Positions 61,820 through 64,000 of a stretch of DNA of 64,000 nucleotides are shown in pieces. Source of the stretch: Desulfurococcales archaeon (GTDB lineage Archaea > Thermoproteota > Thermoprotei_A > Sulfolobales > NBVN01). Where the stretch lies: positions 6,888 through 70,887 of the forward strand of contig JALVVU010000007.1 in NCBI GenBank assembly GCA_027023255.1, in the 5' to 3' direction. The notes under the pieces are model-generated. The model worked only from the letters and a program-made list of their open reading frames with translations, made no database searches and had not been told where the DNA came from. A program made the translations under genes and the position numbers. The stretch's first letter is position 1. Each line of letters starts with the position of its first letter.

Positions 61820-62636
61820 GCCTTGCTTCCTCCCCCGTTATCGCTGCTTTGTAGGCTTCAGCCTCTTTCAGCCTTTCCCTGACAAGGGCTGCTAGCTTTG
61901 CTGGATCGACGGCGTGGACCCCATCATCGATTATTGCGTAAGGTACCCATAACGGATTAGTTGGTAATCCCCTCATTTTCTTGGCCATGAGTTGCTTCAG
62001 CGGTATGCCTAACTCTATTAGGTTTGGCTCTATGCGCGTCGCTATAACGCCGTCGACAAGATATTCTAGATGTGCCGCGAGCTCCTCTAGCACTGTGGTG
62101 TTAGTGTGTAGAATCATCACTATCGTGGCTCCCTTACCCTTAGATATTATTGCCCGCATCGACTTAATGAACTCTAATACCTGCATCATCTCAAAACGGA
62201 ACATTAACTCGTTTATCGAGTCAATAACAACGAGGCTAACAACGTCGTCACTAGCTGGCGGAACCTCCTCATGCAGGGCATAAAGCATGCTGTTCAGGTC
62301 GTCGAGACGCTGCTCCCTCGTAACGCCCTTCACTGCCCTCTTTAACTTACCTAACCTGAAGCTGAAGCAGTCAATTATCTTGAACTTGCCCTCATCAATG
62401 AACTTATCTAGCCCCCACCCAAAGTTCGTGAAGAGCTCTATTAGTGCGTCGGGAGAATCATCGAGGTTAACGTAGGTTACATAACCACCTCCCTTCAGCA
62501 CGTTCCACGCTATGTGCGCAGCCAAAACCGACTTACCTGTTCCCGGCGCCCCCGTGATAGCTACCGTGGCGCTTCTAGGGAAGCCTGCAGGTAACGCGTA
62601 ATCTAGGGGCTCAATACCTGTTTTGAATGCCTTAAT
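61791..62636 (-). CDS. KaiC/RecA-superfamily single-domain ATPase (start proposed at ATT 62636; track ORF begins at TTG 62525)
   Basis: The Walker A ITGAPGTGKS and the preceding KAFKTGIEPLDYALPAGFPRSATVA lie upstream of the first canonical start in an open frame. Walker B is VVIDSINEL. Confidence 0.75.
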   Translation of the reverse strand: MKAFKTGIEPLDYALPAGFPRSATVAITGAPGTGKSVLAAHIAWNVLKGGGYVTYVNLDDSPDALIELFTNFGWGLDKFIDEGKFKIIDCFSFRLGKLKRAVKGVTREQRLDDLNSMLYALHEEVPPASDDVVSLVVIDSINELMFRFEMMQVLEFIKSMRAIISKGKGATIVMILHTNTTVLEELAAHLEYLVDGVIATRIEPNLIELGIPLKQLMAKKMRGLPTNPLWVPYAIIDDGVHAVDPAKLAALVRERLKEAEAYKAAITGEEARHESGSQGKQ

Positions 62637-62780
62637 GACCCATCACCCTCCTAGAAAGGACTTCTCACGTAAACTAACTTAACTACCTAGAATAAAACAC
62701 TAACTTCCAAGACGCGTCTATTGCATAGCTCAATGAATTATTAATTAAGCTCCCTAGGTTAGGTTAGTGGTGCTGTCATC

Positions 62781-63182
62781 TTGGGTAAGGTGATAGCGCT
62801 TAAGGTACCGGGTGGTGCCGACCCGATAAAGTTCCTTCAGGAGAAGATAAAGGAACTAGGACTTAAGCAGGGCTCCATAACCGGTGTGGGGGGCTTTAAG
62901 TGGGTTGAGGTTGGCGTGCTACGTAGGGAAGGAGGGTACGATGTAAAGCGTATGGAAGCCTCCGAAGAGTACTTCGTTGAGGTAGCTCCAGTCATAGGTA
63001 ATTACGTCACGCTACCCAACGGTGAGGTTTCGGTACACCTACACGTTACCGTAGGTAGGGAGCACGGTCTTACGTGGTGTGGTCACTTAGTTAGGGCCGA
63101 GACTTGGCCTTTCCTTGAACTCATCCTGTATGAGGCCGACAATGACGTACTAGCGGAATTCCCTCACCGCAAGGGTCGATAA
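62781..63182 (+). CDS. PPC/DUF296-domain protein
   Basis: GSITGVGGFKWVEVG...SVHLHVTVGREHGLTWCGHLVRAETWPFLELILYE resembles the PPC (DUF296) fold signature. TTG start. Confidence 0.65.
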   Translation: MGKVIALKVPGGADPIKFLQEKIKELGLKQGSITGVGGFKWVEVGVLRREGGYDVKRMEASEEYFVEVAPVIGNYVTLPNGEVSVHLHVTVGREHGLTWCGHLVRAETWPFLELILYEADNDVLAEFPHRKGR

Positions 63183-63185
63183 GCA

Positions 63186-64000
63186 ATGGATGACGAGCAC
63201 TTCAAAGTATGCGTGGTTGGGGGCGGACTAGCAGGCCTATCCGTAGCTAAGTACCTGGTGGAACTAGGGCTGAAGAGTGTGATAGTGCTTGAAGCGAGCG
63301 ATCGGGTTGGGGGACTACTTAAGTCGGAGGACGTAAGTGAGTACGTGTTTGACATGGGCGGTTCACACATAATGTTTAGCAAAAACCCTGAAGTTTTGGC
63401 GGAAATGACTGCCCTACTTAACGGTAACGTGATCTACCATAGACGCAACACCAAAATATACTACAAGGGCAGGTTCGTTAAGTACCCATTCGAGAATGGT
63501 CTCAAGGACCTCCCACCAGAGGAAAGGTACGAATGCTTGAAGGGGGTGCTAGACGCCTACATCGCGAGGCTAACTGGGAGGGCTAGGGAACCACGCAACT
63601 TCCTTGAGTGGATAAAGTACGTGTTCGGGGAGGCGATCGCCTCCAAGTACCTGATACCGTACAACAAGAAGATCTGGAAGACAAGCCTAGATAAGATCTC
63701 CCTAGACTGGGTTGGTGGGCGTGTGCCAAACCCTCCGCTGGACGACGTCATCAAGGCCGCGGTAGGGCTGGATGTGGAGGGGTATAAACACCAGTTAAAC
63801 TTCTGCTATCCGCGCGAGGGTGGCATAGAGGCCTTAGCAAGGTCGCTAGCTCGGCTGCTTAGGGTGAATGGAGCTGTGGTAAGAGTTAACACACCAGTAA
63901 CCTCTGTAGAGCGCTCGCCGCATAATGACCTAATCGAGGTGAGTTCAGAGGAATTCACGGTTAAGTGTGAGTGCGTGGTATATACGTCCCCACTGAACAG
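63186..64000 (+). CDS. FAD-dependent oxidoreductase of the amine-oxidase / protoporphyrinogen-oxidase / UDP-galactopyranose-mutase-like group, 3'-truncated by the window edge
   Basis: Not in the track (no stop in the window). Manual translation from ATG 63186: MDDEHFKVCVVGGGLAGLSVAKYLVELGLKSVIVLEASDRVGGLL...GGSHIMFSK...YPFENG...YNKKIWK. Confidence 0.7.
   Translation, partial: MDDEHFKVCVVGGGLAGLSVAKYLVELGLKSVIVLEASDRVGGLLKSEDVSEYVFDMGGSHIMFSKNPEVLAEMTALLNGNVIYHRRNTKIYYKGRFVKYPFENGLKDLPPEERYECLKGVLDAYIARLTGRAREPRNFLEWIKYVFGEAIASKYLIPYNKKIWKTSLDKISLDWVGGRVPNPPLDDVIKAAVGLDVEGYKHQLNFCYPREGGIEALARSLARLLRVNGAVVRVNTPVTSVERSPHNDLIEVSSEEFTVKCECVVYTSPLN

Overview
All calls come from reading the supplied translations and the DNA by eye. 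No searches or computations were run, and homology calls are motif recognition from memory. The window looks like a densely packed chromosomal segment of a hyperthermophilic archaeon, probably a crenarchaeote (Thermoproteota). Supporting this: type III RuBisCO, geranylgeranyl reductase, archaeal-type DtdA and UMP kinase, NAC, a beta-CASP nuclease, a THUMP methylase, three intron-bearing tRNAs and GGTGA Shine-Dalgarno motifs. I support about 63 protein genes, 5 tRNAs (Pro-UGG, Leu-CAA, Thr-CGU, Pro-CGG, Ser-GCU) and one tentative C/D-box sRNA. I saw no rRNA, CRISPR array, transposase or integrase, so this is mostly core metabolism rather than an obvious mobile island. Most worth a second look: (1) three genes (pyruvate kinase, an N-glycosylation-rich membrane protein, a KaiC-like ATPase) encode conserved or essential N-termini upstream of any ATG/GTG/TTG. 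Each has GGTGA exactly 6 nt before a near-cognate codon (CTG, CTG, ATT). (2) An operon of a signal-less BtuF-like binding protein, an N-terminally extended PP-loop/PAPS-reductase-like ATPase and a circularly permuted GTPase. (3) A kinase-fold protein with every catalytic residue replaced. (4) A RavA/MoxR-VWA pair. (5) A KaiC-like ATPase translationally coupled to a 2x[4Fe-4S] ferredoxin. (6) A ParB-fold candidate serine kinase next to SerA and a class V aminotransferase. (7) A membrane/lipid neighbourhood of GGR, an SPFH module and a multi-cluster radical SAM enzyme that may be a tetraether synthase. (8) Three amidohydrolases next to an XRE regulator.
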